Below, in pieces: positions 29,564 through 40,970 of a stretch of DNA of 64,000 bases (its first letter is position 1; every line of letters begins with the position of its first letter). Under the pieces are notes generated by a model. That model was not told the DNA's origin. It ran no database searches and saw nothing but the letters and a program-made list of their open reading frames with translations. The DNA is from Acidithiobacillus sp. (GTDB lineage: Bacteria > Pseudomonadota > Gammaproteobacteria > Acidithiobacillales > Acidithiobacillaceae), in contig DAIEIW010000211.1 of NCBI GenBank assembly GCA_027351205.1, positions 1,205 through 65,204 of the forward strand, in the 5' to 3' direction. The position numbers were made by a program, and so were the translations under genes.

Positions 29564-30912
29564 TCCGCTATTCGCTGAAGGAAATAGCTGAAATTACCGG
29601 CGGCGCGCTGTTGCCCGGCAGCGATGGCAGCCAGAAAATTCAGGGTGTCACTACGGACAGCCGCGAGGCCCTGAGCGGACAACTTTTCGTGGCCTTGCGC
29701 GGCACGCGGTGCAATGGCGCGGACTTCGTACCCGATGCCATCGCACAGGGTGCCGGAGGCGTGCTGGTGGATATCCCGGTGGCGGCGCCGGGTGTCCTGG
29801 TGAGGGATGGCCTGGTCGCGTTGCAGACACTGACCGCCCATTGGCGGCAGCGTTTCAGCCTGCCGCTGCTGGCAGTGACCGGTTCCTGCGGCAAAACGAC
29901 GGTCAAAGAGGTACTCACCGCCATCCTTAACCAGTCCGGCCCGGTACTCGCCACTCGCGGTAATCAGAACAATCACGTCGGCGTCCCTCTGACGCTAGCC
30001 AGGCTCGGTCAGGAGCATCGCTACGCGGTGCTGGAAATGGGCATGAATCATCCCGGCGAACTCACCCTCCTCAGCGGGTTGGCGCGGCCCACCCTGGCCC
30101 TGATCAACAATGCAGCCCCCGCGCATCTGGAAGGCCTCGGCAGCGTTGCCGCCATTGCCGCAGCCAAAGGCGAAATTCTCTCCGGTCTCGACAACCGCGG
30201 TCTCACCATCCTCAATGGCGACGATCCCTTCGCGGATTTCTGGGCGGAACGGGCGCCGGGCGAGGTCTGGCGCTTCAGCTTAGAGCATCGTCCGACGCGG
30301 GTTCGCGGACACTGGCGCGCACACGAACAGGGTGGCGGACATCTGGAGGTGCGCGCTCCGCAAGGGCAATTCACTCTGGAGATTCCCTTGCCCGGTCAAC
30401 ATAACGGCCGCAATGTCCTGGCGGCCACGACCGCGGCGCTGGCGCTCGACATTCCCATTCCGCAGGTTCAACGGGCGGTGGCCGGACTGCAAACCATTCC
30501 CGGACGTTTGCAGTGGCGCTCCGGCCCGCACGGCAGCCGGATGCTGGATGACACCTACAACGCCAACCCCGCATCCCTGGAGGCTGCCCTGCGCGTGCTC
30601 GCCGTACAGCCGGGTCAGCGCATTCTGGTTTTAGGCGACATGGGTGAACTGGGTCCCGATGCCGCGCTCTATCATCAGCAGGCGGGGTTACTGGCCCGCC
30701 AGCTCGGCGTTGAGCGGCTTTACGCCCTGGGGCCTTTGGCGCAGGAAGCGGCCAATGCCTTCGGGACCAACGCCGAGGCGTTCTCCGAACTGCCTCCTCT
30801 GCTGGCCGCGCTGCACCGTCGCCTGGATGAAGAAACGGTGGTGCTGATCAAAGGCTCCCGCGCCGCCCGGATGGAGCGCGTCGTGCAAGCCCTCGGCGGG
30901 GGGAATGCCTGA
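29560..30912 (+). CDS. murF: UDP-MurNAc-tripeptide:D-Ala-D-Ala ligase
   Basis: [35 protein letters not shown]. Confidence 0.97.
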   Translation: MIRYSLKEIAEITGGALLPGSDGSQKIQGVTTDSREALSGQLFVALRGTRCNGADFVPDAIAQGAGGVLVDIPVAAPGVLVRDGLVALQTLTAHWRQRFSLPLLAVTGSCGKTTVKEVLTAILNQSGPVLATRGNQNNHVGVPLTLARLGQEHRYAVLEMGMNHPGELTLLSGLARPTLALINNAAPAHLEGLGSVAAIAAAKGEILSGLDNRGLTILNGDDPFADFWAERAPGEVWRFSLEHRPTRVRGHWRAHEQGGGHLEVRAPQGQFTLEIPLPGQHNGRNVLAATTAALALDIPIPQVQRAVAGLQTIPGRLQWRSGPHGSRMLDDTYNANPASLEAALRVLAVQPGQRILVLGDMGELGPDAALYHQQAGLLARQLGVERLYALGPLAQEAANAFGTNAEAFSELPPLLAALHRRLDEETVVLIKGSRAARMERVVQALGGGNA

Positions 30913-31994
30913 TGCTTTATGCCCTCTTCATGCAGCTCGGCAGCCTCTATCACGGCTTTTACGTTTTTCAGTATCTGACCCTGCGCGGCGTGCTCGCCAC
31001 CCTCACCGCGCTGGTTCTTTCGCTGTTCATCGGCCCCTTCTTCATCGCCCGCCTGCGCCGCTACAAAATCGGTCAGATGGTCCGCAATGACGGTCCCGAA
31101 ACCCATTTGAGCAAGCAGGGTACGCCGACCATGGGCGGCGCGCTGATCCTGCTGGTGGTCATTCTGACAACCCTGCTCTGGTCGGATCTGGGCAACCCGC
31201 TGGTCTGGGTGGCGGTGCTCACCACCCTGGCCTTTGGTGCCATCGGTTTCGTCGACGACTGGCGCAAGCTGCGGCGCCAGAACAGCAAGGGGCTCTCGGC
31301 GCGGGCCAAATACGGTTTGCAGTCGCTGGTGGCCTTTGCCGCGGGGGGGGTGCTCTATGCCCTGGCCCGCAATCCCGTGGAGACCAGCCTCATTCTGCCC
31401 TTTATACCGCATGTGTTGATCCCGATGGGCGCCGGCTTCGTCGTCTTCAGTTATTTCGTGATTGTCGGTACCTCCAATGCCGTGAACCTGACCGACGGTC
31501 TGGACGGCCTGGCCATCGTCCCGACGGTCATGGTCGCCGGCGCGCTGGGCGTATTTGCCTACGTATCGGGCAACGCCGTCTTTGCCCGCTACCTGGACGT
31601 ACCCTGGGTGCCGGGTTCCGGCCAGATGCTGATATTCTGCGGCGCACTGGTGGGTGCGGGGCTGGGTTTTCTATGGTTCAACACCTATCCGGCTGATGTT
31701 TTCATGGGCGATACCGGCGCTCTCGCGCTGGGTGCGGCGCTGGCCATCGTCGCCATCGTCGCCCGTCAGGAACTGGTGCTATTCATCATGGGCGGCGTGT
31801 TCGTGGTAGAAACCTTGTCCGTCATCATTCAGGTGGCCTCCTTCCGGCTCACCGGCAAACGGGTCTTTCGCATGGCGCCCCTGCACCATCATTTTGAAAA
31901 AAAGGGCTGGCCCGAACCCCGGGTGGCGGTCCGTTTCTGGATCATCACCGTGATTCTGGTCCTCGTTGGCCTTTCCAGCCTGAAGATCCGCTGA
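30912..31994 (+). CDS. mraY: Phospho-MurNAc-pentapeptide transferase
   Basis: [40 protein letters not shown]. Confidence 0.98.
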   Translation: MLYALFMQLGSLYHGFYVFQYLTLRGVLATLTALVLSLFIGPFFIARLRRYKIGQMVRNDGPETHLSKQGTPTMGGALILLVVILTTLLWSDLGNPLVWVAVLTTLAFGAIGFVDDWRKLRRQNSKGLSARAKYGLQSLVAFAAGGVLYALARNPVETSLILPFIPHVLIPMGAGFVVFSYFVIVGTSNAVNLTDGLDGLAIVPTVMVAGALGVFAYVSGNAVFARYLDVPWVPGSGQMLIFCGALVGAGLGFLWFNTYPADVFMGDTGALALGAALAIVAIVARQELVLFIMGGVFVVETLSVIIQVASFRLTGKRVFRMAPLHHHFEKKGWPEPRVAVRFWIITVILVLVGLSSLKIR

Positions 31995-31995
31995 C

Positions 31996-33342
31996 ATGGA
32001 CATGAACGGGAAAAAGGCATATATCGTCGGCATGGGCAAGACGGGGCACTCCCTCTTGCGTACGGCCCTGCGCCTGGGCGCTCATTGCCGGGTAGCCGAC
32101 ACGCGTCCGCTACAAGACGCCGCCGACTTGCGGCGCCGTTATCCGGCAGTCGATTTTCATTTTGGCGACATGCCCGAGGACCTGTTTCTGGAGGCGGATA
32201 TTCTTCTGCTCAGCCCGGGGCTGGCACCGTCGCTGCCCGCTCTCGTCAGCGCCAGACGGGCTGGCATCGAAATTCTGGGCGATATCGAACTTTTTGGCCG
32301 GATCGCCCGGGCGCCCATCGTCGCGATCACCGGCAGCAATGGCAAAAGCACCGTCACCACCCTGGTGGGCGAAATGGCACGGGCCGCTGGGCTGCGCGCC
32401 GCCGTCGGCGGTAACCTCGGCACCCCCGCCCTCGACCTTCTGCCGGAAACAGGGCCCGAGCCCGATCTCTATGTTCTCGAGCTTTCCAGCTTCCAGCTTG
32501 CGGCCTGCCAGGATTTCCACCCCCGCGCCGCCGCCGTTCTCAACCTGAGCCCGGATCATCTGGACTGGCATGGTGACTATGCGGCCTATGGTGCCGCGAA
32601 AACCCGCATTTTCCGGGCGATGGGCGCAGGGGACACTCTGGTACTGAACGCCGGAGACGCCTTTACCGCCGCCCTGCCGCCCCAGGTCCCTGCGGGCGTG
32701 CAGGTGCAGTTCTTTGGCGGCGTTGACGAACACGACGCCGGTATCGCCGGTGACCGGCTCTGCCTGCGCAGCGACGGCCCCCTGCTGGATTTGGATCAAC
32801 TCCCGCTGCGCGGCGCGCATAACGCCGAAAATGCGCTGGCCGCCGCCCTGCTGGCCCGCGCGATGGCCGTCCCTGTGGCCGCTATCAACCAGGCGTTGCG
32901 CACTTTCCCGGGCCTACCTCACCGCCTTGCCCGGATCGCCGAGGTCAACGGCGTGAGTTACTACGACGATTCCAAGGGCACCAACCTGGGCGCGACCCTC
33001 AAAGCCATATCCGGCTTGCCGGGGCCCCTGGTGATGATACTCGGCGGCGACGCCAAGGGGGCCGACCTGAGCCCCCTGCGGGAGGCCTGTCGCGGGCAGC
33101 GTGGCGTTGTCGTCCTCGGTAAGGACGGGCCACAAATCTCCGTTATGCTCGCCGGAATACTGCCCGTCGAGAGTGCAGGGAACATGGCGCAGGCTGTCGA
33201 GAAGGCGGCGGTGCTGGCGCAGCGCGGCGATCAGGTGCTGCTCTCGCCCGCCTGCGCCAGCACCGACATGTTTACCGATTATCAGGATCGCGGCCGTCAA
33301 TTCGCCGTGGCGGTACGGGCCCTGACGGAGGATCTGGCATGA
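31996..33342 (+). CDS. murD: UDP-MurNAc-L-Ala:D-Glu ligase
   Basis: ITGSNGKST, ELSSFQL, NLSPDHLD, DDSKGTN, LSPACAS.D.F. Confidence 0.97.
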   Translation: MDMNGKKAYIVGMGKTGHSLLRTALRLGAHCRVADTRPLQDAADLRRRYPAVDFHFGDMPEDLFLEADILLLSPGLAPSLPALVSARRAGIEILGDIELFGRIARAPIVAITGSNGKSTVTTLVGEMARAAGLRAAVGGNLGTPALDLLPETGPEPDLYVLELSSFQLAACQDFHPRAAAVLNLSPDHLDWHGDYAAYGAAKTRIFRAMGAGDTLVLNAGDAFTAALPPQVPAGVQVQFFGGVDEHDAGIAGDRLCLRSDGPLLDLDQLPLRGAHNAENALAAALLARAMAVPVAAINQALRTFPGLPHRLARIAEVNGVSYYDDSKGTNLGATLKAISGLPGPLVMILGGDAKGADLSPLREACRGQRGVVVLGKDGPQISVMLAGILPVESAGNMAQAVEKAAVLAQRGDQVLLSPACASTDMFTDYQDRGRQFAVAVRALTEDLA

Positions 33343-34511
33343 CCAGGCCGGACTGGTGGTTGGCGGAAGACGGGCCCGCAGACACCGTCCTGTGGTGGAT
33401 CATCCTGATTCTGCTGAGCTTCGGCCTCATCATGGTGTACTCGGCCAGCGCCCCCATTGCCCAGCACGAAACCGGCAACCCTTTCTTCTTTGCGGAGAGG
33501 CAGGGCATCTACGCCAGCCTCGCCGCCGCCGTGCTTTATTATACCAGCCGCGTCGATCTGGACTTCTGGGAGCGCATCACTTTCCCGCTGATGGGCATTT
33601 CTCTCATCGCCCTGGTCATGGTTTTTGTTCCATTCGTCGGGGTATCGGTGAATGGCTCCCACCGCTGGATTAATTTCCTGGTCGTCCGCCTGCAACCTTC
33701 CGAGTTGCTGAAATTTGCCCTGCTGCTTTTCCTCGCCCGCTACGTGGTACGCAAGGGGGAGTTGCTGGGGCGCATCAAGGAAGGTCTCTGGCCGATTTTC
33801 GTGGTGCTGGGTCTGCTGGGTCTGCTTTTACTCCTGCAACCGGATTTCGGCTCCTACGCGATGGTGGTGCTCCTTACCGGAGTGATGCTTTTCCTGGGCG
33901 GACTGCCCTTGGGTTACGTCCTCCTGGCCGGCGTCGTGTCGGGTGGCGCTCTGGGGATTTTGGCCGTATCAGCGCCTTATCGCCTGGCCCGCATCACGAC
34001 CTTCCAGAACCCCTGGGCGGATCCCTACGGCGCGGGATTCCAGCTGGTGCAATCTCTCATCGCCTTTGGGCGTGGTGGCGTCTTCGGAGTCGGTCTGGGC
34101 GACGGGGTAATGAAATATTTCTACCTGCCCGAGTCCTATACAGACTTCATTCTGGCGGTGATCGGCGAAGAGCTCGGCATGATCGGGGTGTGGTCCCTGG
34201 CGATTCTCTACGGCATCGCCTGCTGGAGGATCTACCGCGTCGGCCGGCGCGCGGCGGCGGCCGGTGATGCCTTCTTCGCTCTTTTCTGCTACGGCACGCT
34301 GACCTGGTTTGGGGGCGAGGCGGTTATGTCCATGGGCGTGAATCTGGGAGCTTTACCGACCAAGGGTTTTGCCCTGCCCCTGATCAGTTACGGCGGCAGC
34401 GCCCTGGTCTTTCTCTGCGCCGCGCTGGGCGTCGTCCTCGGCGTCAGCCGCCGCTATCCGGCCGCACACAAGGGCTCAGTCGTGATCCGGGAGGAACTCC
34501 AGAATGGCTGA
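33339..34511 (+). CDS. ftsW: SEDS peptidoglycan polymerase FtsW
   Basis: MVYSAS, RWI, QPSE..K, QPDFG, LPESYTDFI, LPLISYGGS. Confidence 0.97.
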   Translation: MTRPDWWLAEDGPADTVLWWIILILLSFGLIMVYSASAPIAQHETGNPFFFAERQGIYASLAAAVLYYTSRVDLDFWERITFPLMGISLIALVMVFVPFVGVSVNGSHRWINFLVVRLQPSELLKFALLLFLARYVVRKGELLGRIKEGLWPIFVVLGLLGLLLLLQPDFGSYAMVVLLTGVMLFLGGLPLGYVLLAGVVSGGALGILAVSAPYRLARITTFQNPWADPYGAGFQLVQSLIAFGRGGVFGVGLGDGVMKYFYLPESYTDFILAVIGEELGMIGVWSLAILYGIACWRIYRVGRRAAAAGDAFFALFCYGTLTWFGGEAVMSMGVNLGALPTKGFALPLISYGGSALVFLCAALGVVLGVSRRYPAAHKGSVVIREELQNG

Positions 34512-35586
34512 CAGCGTCCTGATCGCAGCGGGTGGCACCGGAGGCCATGTCTTCCCGGCACTGGCGGTCGCCGATGCGCTGCGCGCCCAAGGCGTGGAAG
34601 TGACTTTTGCGGGGACGGCCACCGGAATGGAAGCGCGCCTCGTGCCCGAGCGCGGCTACACGTTACATACTCTGGATATGCAGGGCCTGCGCGGCAAGGG
34701 CTTCAGACGCTGGTTGCGCGCGCCGTGGCGGGTGAGCAGGGCCATTCTGCAGGCGCGCCGGATTTTGCGGCAGACCCGGAGTCATGTGGTCCTGGGTATG
34801 GGGGGTTATGTCACCGCACCCGTCGGCATCGCTGCCTGGACCTTGGGGCGCCCGCTCTGTCTGCACGAACAGAATGCCGTCGCCGGGCTCAGCAATCGTT
34901 TGCTGGCCCCACTGGCCAGGCGCGTTTTTCTCGGCTTCCCCGGCGCCCGCCTGGCCCGCGGTGAGTGGGTGGGGAATCCGGTGCGCGAGGCCATTCACGC
35001 TTTGCCGACGCCGCAGGAACGCTTCCACGACCGCAAAGGTCCAGTGCGCCTGCTCATCATGGGCGGCAGCCAGGGTGCCAAGGTACTGAACGCAGTCAGT
35101 GCCGCCGCTCTGAGCGGTATGACCGACGCCGAGCGCCCTGCCATCTGGCATCAGACGGGCAGGGATCACGCGGAAAGCACCCGGGCGGCTTACGCGCAGG
35201 CGGGCATCGACGCCCGGGTAGAACCCTTCATAGACGATATGGCAGCAGCGCTGGACTGGGCCGACCTCGCCCTCTGCCGCGCCGGTGCCGCCACCATCGC
35301 CGAACTGGCCGCCGCAGGTCTCGGCGCCATCCTGATCCCCTTCCCCTTCGCAGTGGACGACCATCAGGCCGCTAACGCCCGTTTCCTGGAAAAGGCCGGC
35401 GCGGCCCGCATGCTGCGTCAGGAGGGACTGGACGCCCTGCAACTGCGCGATGTACTGCGTCCCTTGCTGACCGACCCGGGACTCCGCCTGCGCTGGGCAG
35501 AGGCGGCACGCCGACAGGCCAAGGGCGACGCCGCCGCCACCGTTGCTGCAGCATGTATAGAATGTGCGGGAGGCACAGATGCGTAA
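34504..35586 (+). CDS. murG: Lipid II GlcNAc transferase
   Basis: GGTGGHVFP, GMGGYV, HEQN, GNPVR, GGSQGA, RAGAAT, DDHQAANA. Confidence 0.98.
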   Translation: MADSVLIAAGGTGGHVFPALAVADALRAQGVEVTFAGTATGMEARLVPERGYTLHTLDMQGLRGKGFRRWLRAPWRVSRAILQARRILRQTRSHVVLGMGGYVTAPVGIAAWTLGRPLCLHEQNAVAGLSNRLLAPLARRVFLGFPGARLARGEWVGNPVREAIHALPTPQERFHDRKGPVRLLIMGGSQGAKVLNAVSAAALSGMTDAERPAIWHQTGRDHAESTRAAYAQAGIDARVEPFIDDMAAALDWADLALCRAGAATIAELAAAGLGAILIPFPFAVDDHQAANARFLEKAGAARMLRQEGLDALQLRDVLRPLLTDPGLRLRWAEAARRQAKGDAAATVAAACIECAGGTDA

Positions 35587-36973
35587 CTGGGTACGACAAA
35601 TCCACATGGTCGGAATCGGCGGCAGCGGCATGCGCGGCATCGCCGAGGTACTGCTGAATCTCGGCTATGCCGTCTCCGGTTCTGATCTGCGGCCCGGCAA
35701 TTCCACCCTGCGCCTGACGGATTTGGGGGCGCGGATTTTCAGCGGCCACGAAGCAGCCAATGTGCGAGGCGCCGATGTGGTCGTGATTTCTTCGGCCATT
35801 CCCGAAAGCAATCCCGAGGTGCAGGCCGCCCGCACGCTGCGCATCCCCGTCATCCGCCGCGCCGAGATGCTGGCGGAGCTGATGCGCTTCAAGCAGGGCA
35901 TCGCCATCGCCGGCACCCACGGCAAAACCACCACCACCAGTCTGGTGGCAAGCATTCTCGGCGCTGGCGGACTGGATCCCACCTTCGTCATCGGTGGCCG
36001 CCTGAAAAGTGCCGGCACCCATGCCGCCCTCGGCAGCGGTGAATATCTGGTGGCGGAAGCGGACGAATCCGATGCATCCTTCCTCTATCTCTCACCCGTC
36101 ATGGCCGTCGTCACCAATATTGACGCCGATCACATGGAAACCTACGGCGGCAGCCTCGACAATTTGCGTGGCGCCTTCCTGCAATTCCTCCAGCGCCTGC
36201 CCTTCTACGGCCTCGCCGTCCTCTGCACCGATGAAGCCTTGGTCGCCGGCCTCATCCCCGAATTGCGCACCTCCGTCCTGCGCTACGGTTTCGGTGACGA
36301 TGCGGATTTACAAGCGCGTGATGTCACCGTGCAGGGCATCGGCAGTCGCTTCGCCGTATGGCGGCGGCTGGACAGCGACTATGTCCATTGGCTGGACGTA
36401 GAACTGGGCATCCCCGGCCGCCATAACGTCCTCAATGCCCTCGCCGCCATCGGTATCGCCAGCAAGGTGGGCATATCGGAATCCACCATTGCCGCTGCTC
36501 TGGCCGACTTCCGTGGGGTCGGCCGCCGCTTTGAGCTGGTCGGTACCTTCGCTGGCATTACCGTGGTGGATGATTACGGCCACCACCCCCGGGAAATCGC
36601 CGCCACCATCGCCGCAGCCCGTTCCGTATGGCCGGAGCGGCCGCTGGTGGTGGTCTTTCAGCCCCACCGCTACAGCCGTACGCAAGCGCTCTTCGCTGAT
36701 TTCATCAGCAGCCTGGCGGCGGCGGACCGGGTGATTCTGACGGATATATATAGTGCCGGCGAAAAACCCTTGGCCGGCGTCACCGGCGGTGCCCTCGCCG
36801 AGGCCATGGCCGCCCAGGGCATAACCGTCCGTTTCCTGCCCGACCTGCTGACCGCACCACAACACCTCCGTGCCGAACTCCCTGCCAATGCGGTGCTGCT
36901 AACCCTCGGTGCCGGCAGCATTGCCAGTCTGGCGGCACAATGGCCCCAGGTTTTCGGGGAGGATCCCTCATGA
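35579..36973 (+). CDS. murC: UDP-MurNAc:L-Ala ligase
   Basis: GIGGSGM, GTHGKTTTT, EADESD, GVGRRF, DDYGHHPRE, FQPHRYSRT. Start at MRNWV (35579). Confidence 0.98.
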   Translation: MRNWVRQIHMVGIGGSGMRGIAEVLLNLGYAVSGSDLRPGNSTLRLTDLGARIFSGHEAANVRGADVVVISSAIPESNPEVQAARTLRIPVIRRAEMLAELMRFKQGIAIAGTHGKTTTTSLVASILGAGGLDPTFVIGGRLKSAGTHAALGSGEYLVAEADESDASFLYLSPVMAVVTNIDADHMETYGGSLDNLRGAFLQFLQRLPFYGLAVLCTDEALVAGLIPELRTSVLRYGFGDDADLQARDVTVQGIGSRFAVWRRLDSDYVHWLDVELGIPGRHNVLNALAAIGIASKVGISESTIAAALADFRGVGRRFELVGTFAGITVVDDYGHHPREIAATIAAARSVWPERPLVVVFQPHRYSRTQALFADFISSLAAADRVILTDIYSAGEKPLAGVTGGALAEAMAAQGITVRFLPDLLTAPQHLRAELPANAVLLTLGAGSIASLAAQWPQVFGEDPS

Positions 36974-37857
36974 TGCATGCCATTGGTGGCCGTCTGCGCC
37001 TGGGTGAACCCATGCACCGCCACACCAGTTGGCGGATCGGCGGCCCGGCCGACCGCTTCTATCTGCCCGGCACGCTGGAAGATTTGCGGGCTTTCCTGCA
37101 GCACTTCGCCATCGCCCCCATCACCTGGCTCGGGCTGGGTAGCAATGTACTGGTGCGGGATGGCGGTCTGCGCGGTACCGTCATTTGCCTGGCCAACACC
37201 CTGGATGCGATCTCCCTCGATGCGTCCGGCCTGGTTCGTGCCGGCGCAGGCGCCGGCGCGGTCAAGATCGCTCATTTCGCGGCCAAAGCCGGGCTTGCGG
37301 GCGCCGAATTCCTGGCCGGCATACCTGGCACCCTGGGCGGCTGCCTGACGATGAACGCGGGGGCCAACGACGGCGACACCTGGAGCCTGGTGGAATGGGC
37401 CGAGGTTCTGCACCCCGATGGCCGAGTGCAACGTCTGTCCCGCGCCGAGTTCCAGGTGGGTTACCGCGAGGTGCAGGGTCAGGGCGCTGCCTGCTTCATC
37501 GCCGCGGGATTGCGCCTGTCGCCCGAAGACAGCGACATCGTCATGCAGCGCCTGCGTGCCTGGCAGGAACGCCGCGCCGCCACTCAGCCCCTGGAATGGC
37601 CGAACTGCGGTTCCATCTTCCGCAATCCGCCCGGCGATCATGCCGCCCGGCTCATCGAGGCGGCAGAACTCAAGGGCCTGCGTTATGGGGACGCCGAAGT
37701 CAGCACCCAGCACGCCAATTTCATCATCAACCGCGGTGCCGCCCGCGCCGAAGAGATCGAGGCACTGGTGGCCAACGTACAACAAGAGGTCCTCAACCGT
37801 TTCGGCATCGAACTTCAGCCGGAGATGCGGGTCATCGGGGAGGTGGCCGATGTCTGA
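36970..37857 (+). CDS. murB: UDP-N-acetylenolpyruvoylglucosamine reductase
   Basis: HTSWRIGG, GLGSNVL, GIPGTLGG..TMNAG, GSIFRNP, HANFIIN, LQPE. Confidence 0.97.
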   Translation: MMHAIGGRLRLGEPMHRHTSWRIGGPADRFYLPGTLEDLRAFLQHFAIAPITWLGLGSNVLVRDGGLRGTVICLANTLDAISLDASGLVRAGAGAGAVKIAHFAAKAGLAGAEFLAGIPGTLGGCLTMNAGANDGDTWSLVEWAEVLHPDGRVQRLSRAEFQVGYREVQGQGAACFIAAGLRLSPEDSDIVMQRLRAWQERRAATQPLEWPNCGSIFRNPPGDHAARLIEAAELKGLRYGDAEVSTQHANFIINRGAARAEEIEALVANVQQEVLNRFGIELQPEMRVIGEVADV

Positions 37858-38779
37858 TCTGGCCCGCATAGCCGTACTTTATGGTGGTCCCTCCGGAGAG
37901 CGCGAAGTCTCTCTCGATAGCGGTCGCGCTGTGTTGCAAGCCTTGCAGGGGCTAGGTATGGATGCCGTCGGCGTCGACATCCAGCCGGCCATCGTCCAGC
38001 AGCAAATGGCGGAAAGCGGGGCGCAGATCGCCTTCAACGTCTGCCATGGCGCGGTAGGCGAAGACGGTCTGTTGCAGGCCTGCCTGGAGACTCTGGATAT
38101 GCCCTACACCGGCAGCGGTGTCCTCGCCTCCGCTCTCGCCATGGATAAATGGCGCTGCAAGCAGCTCTGGCGGGCCGCCGGTTTACCGGTGACCGAGGGC
38201 ATCCTGCTGCGTCGCGGCGGCCACACGCCCGATCTCGGCTCCCGCTTCGGCTGGCCCCTGTACATCAAGCCGAACCATGGTGGCTCCAGCCTCGGGGTCA
38301 GCAAAGTCGGCGGCCCGGCGGAATTGGATGCGGCCTTACAGTGCGCCTTCGCCATCGAGGATGAAGTCCTCTGCGAGGGTGCCGTCATCGGCCACGAAGC
38401 CACCGTCGGCATCCTCGATGGCCAAGCACTGCCGCCCATCGTCATCGAAACGCCCCGGCCCTTCTATGACTACACCGCCAAGTATCTCGCCGACGATACC
38501 CGCTACCTCCTGCCCTCCGGCCTCGGCGCCCCACTGGACCAGCAGTTGCAGGCACTTGCGCTCAGTGCCTTTGCCGAGCTCGGCTGCCGCGACTGGGGGC
38601 GGGTCGACTTCATGATCAGCGGCGGCGACGGTCGGCCTCATCTGCTGGAAGTCAACAGCGTGCCCGGCATGACCAGCCACAGCCTGATTCCCCTGGCCGC
38701 CAAAGCCGCCGGCATGGATTTCCCGGAATTATGCGCCACCATACTGCGCACCGCGCAGAGGAGAGTGAAACATGGTTAG
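37850..38779 (+). CDS. ddl: D-alanine-D-alanine ligase
   Basis: GGPSGEREVS, HGAVGEDG, GSSLG, YDYTAKY, GRVDF, EVNSVPGMT. Start at 37850; the ORF-track start at 37418 is a spurious extension. Confidence 0.97.
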   Translation: MSDLARIAVLYGGPSGEREVSLDSGRAVLQALQGLGMDAVGVDIQPAIVQQQMAESGAQIAFNVCHGAVGEDGLLQACLETLDMPYTGSGVLASALAMDKWRCKQLWRAAGLPVTEGILLRRGGHTPDLGSRFGWPLYIKPNHGGSSLGVSKVGGPAELDAALQCAFAIEDEVLCEGAVIGHEATVGILDGQALPPIVIETPRPFYDYTAKYLADDTRYLLPSGLGAPLDQQLQALALSAFAELGCRDWGRVDFMISGGDGRPHLLEVNSVPGMTSHSLIPLAAKAAGMDFPELCATILRTAQRRVKHG

Positions 38780-39614
38780 CGTCATGCGCGATTACCGCCA
38801 TGGGCAGCAACCGCAACATCCTGCCGCCACCCTCAGAAAACCGCCCAGACGCAAAGCCGAAGCGGCTCCGCCCAAAGTACGCCGGACCATTCCGTGGCGG
38901 CTTTATGGCCGCACGCTCGTTGGCGGAATCGGTATCAGCGCCCTCGCGTGGGGGGGCTGGATGGGCTGGAACTGGGTGCGTGAACCACAAGTCATGCCCA
39001 TCAGCACCTTGACCATTTCTGGCATAACGGCGCGGATCCCGCTGCCCGAGGTGAACGCCGCCCTCAGGCCCTATGTGGGTCAGGGTTTTCTCTGGATCCA
39101 TCCGGATCAGGTGCGACAGGCCATCGACACCCTCCCCTGGGTAGCGGATGCCGAAGTCCGCCGAGTCTGGCCCGACCGGCTGCAGATCCAGATCAAATCC
39201 TACACACCCGTAGCCCGCTGGCTGAGCGGTGCGGGACAGATGGTGGATGGCCTGGGTCAGGTGTTCAGCGTTCCCCCCCGGCAGGTACCGGCTGGACTTC
39301 CGAACCTCGAAGGTCCGGCCGACAGCGGTAGTGAACTGATCGCACAACTCGCCACTTTTAACGGTATCGTCGCCCCGCTCGGCGTCAAGGTGACGTCCCT
39401 TCAGGAAGACCGGCGCGGCGGCTGGCGCTGCATTCTCAGTAATCAGGTACGCCTGCTGTTAGGCAGCCAGAACATGATTCCAGCTTTAAAACGCTGGGTG
39501 GCCATCGCCCCCCAGGTCAAGGAATACCTCGTGCCGGGGGCCACCATGGACCTCCGCTACACCAACGGCTTTGCGGTCGCCATGCCCGCAGCGGCCACCG
39601 TCAGCAGTCAGTAA
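38772..39614 (+). CDS. ftsQ: Cell division protein FtsQ
   Basis: Basic N-tail, TM helix, POTRA domain (LPWV..AEVRRVWPD), DLRYTNGFAV. Confidence 0.93.
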   Translation: MVSVMRDYRHGQQPQHPAATLRKPPRRKAEAAPPKVRRTIPWRLYGRTLVGGIGISALAWGGWMGWNWVREPQVMPISTLTISGITARIPLPEVNAALRPYVGQGFLWIHPDQVRQAIDTLPWVADAEVRRVWPDRLQIQIKSYTPVARWLSGAGQMVDGLGQVFSVPPRQVPAGLPNLEGPADSGSELIAQLATFNGIVAPLGVKVTSLQEDRRGGWRCILSNQVRLLLGSQNMIPALKRWVAIAPQVKEYLVPGATMDLRYTNGFAVAMPAAATVSSQ

Positions 39615-39643
39615 CGGATCACCGATCCGAAGGAGCGAATGAA

Positions 39644-40912
39644 ATGAAACGCAGCAGCCCGGAACTCATCGTCGGTTTGGACATCGGCACCTCCAAGGTC
39701 GCCTGCATCGTCGCCCAGTCCAGGGGCGGCCGTGAGGCGGAAATCATCGGCGTCGGCCAGCATCCCTCCCGCGGTCTCAAAAAGGGTGTGGTGGTCGACA
39801 TCGAATCCACTGTTCAGGCCATCACCCGCGCCGTGCAGGAGGCGGAACTGATGGCCGGCGTACAGATCCACAGTGCCGTCGTCGGTATTGCCGGTGGCCA
39901 CATTCGCGGCTATAACAGTCACGGTATCGTCGCCATCAAGAACAAGGAAGTCAGCAACGACGATGTCGGACGGGTGATGGACGCTGCCCGCGCCATCGTC
40001 ATTCCCCAGGACCAGAATGTCATCCACATCCTTCCCCAGGAATTCATGATCGACAGTCAGGAAGGGGTTCGTGAGCCCGTCGGCATGTCCGGCGTACGTC
40101 TGGAGGCGCGGGTGCACATCGTCACCGGTGCCGTGAGTGCGGCACAAAACATCACCAAATGCGTCGAACGTTGCGGCTTGCAGGTACAGGACCTGGTTCT
40201 CGAACAATTGGCCTCCGCCGATGCCGTCCTCACCGCCGATGAAAAAGAACTGGGCGTCTGTCTGGTGGACATCGGCGGGGGCACCACCGATATTGCCATC
40301 TTCCGCGACGGCGCCGTCCGCCACACCGCCGTCATCCCCATCGCCGGCGACCAGGTTACCAACGACATCGCCCTCGGCCTGCGCACCCCGCCCGTCGAAG
40401 CCGAGCAGATCAAAAAGCTCTACGGCTGCGCCCTCGGCGACCTGATCGAGCAGGACGACGAAATACCCGTCCCCAGCGTCGGCACCCGCCCGCCGCGGAC
40501 CATTTCCCGGCGTATTCTCGGCGACATCATCGAGCCCCGCATCAAGGAGCTTTTCGAGCTGATCCAGGCGGAACTGCGGCGTACCGGCTACGAAGACATG
40601 GTCGCGGCAGGGGTGGTCATCACCGGCGGCTCCAGCAAGCTGGAAGGTATAGCCGAACTAGCCGAAGAGATCCTCCACCTGCCGGTACGCGTCGGCGAGC
40701 CCATACATTTACCCGGCATGGAAACCGTCGTCCGAAACCCGGGCCATGCCACGGGCGTCGGTCTGGTCATGTACGGACTGCACAATCAGGCGGCCGGTCA
40801 GGCAGAGCCGCTACAGAACCCCGCCGTCGCGGCCCGGGAAAATCATATGGATACCAGCTTTGGCGGCGTTTTTCGCAAGATGCGCTCCTGGGTACAGACG
40901 AGCTTTGGCTGA
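39644..40912 (+). CDS. ftsA: Cell division protein FtsA
   Basis: GLDIGTSK, DIGGGTTD, GGSSKL, C-terminal amphipathic helix FRKMRSWVQTSF. Confidence 0.98.
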   Translation: MKRSSPELIVGLDIGTSKVACIVAQSRGGREAEIIGVGQHPSRGLKKGVVVDIESTVQAITRAVQEAELMAGVQIHSAVVGIAGGHIRGYNSHGIVAIKNKEVSNDDVGRVMDAARAIVIPQDQNVIHILPQEFMIDSQEGVREPVGMSGVRLEARVHIVTGAVSAAQNITKCVERCGLQVQDLVLEQLASADAVLTADEKELGVCLVDIGGGTTDIAIFRDGAVRHTAVIPIAGDQVTNDIALGLRTPPVEAEQIKKLYGCALGDLIEQDDEIPVPSVGTRPPRTISRRILGDIIEPRIKELFELIQAELRRTGYEDMVAAGVVITGGSSKLEGIAELAEEILHLPVRVGEPIHLPGMETVVRNPGHATGVGLVMYGLHNQAAGQAEPLQNPAVAARENHMDTSFGGVFRKMRSWVQTSFG

Positions 40913-40970
40913 TTTCTGCGCGCAGGGCTGAGGTACACAATTTTACAGGACTTCAAGAAGGGGAAAGACC

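Noticed and set aside
36970-37857. murB inside the dcw cluster
   Set aside because: murC-murB-ddl is a known arrangement in many non-enteric bacteria; not novel.
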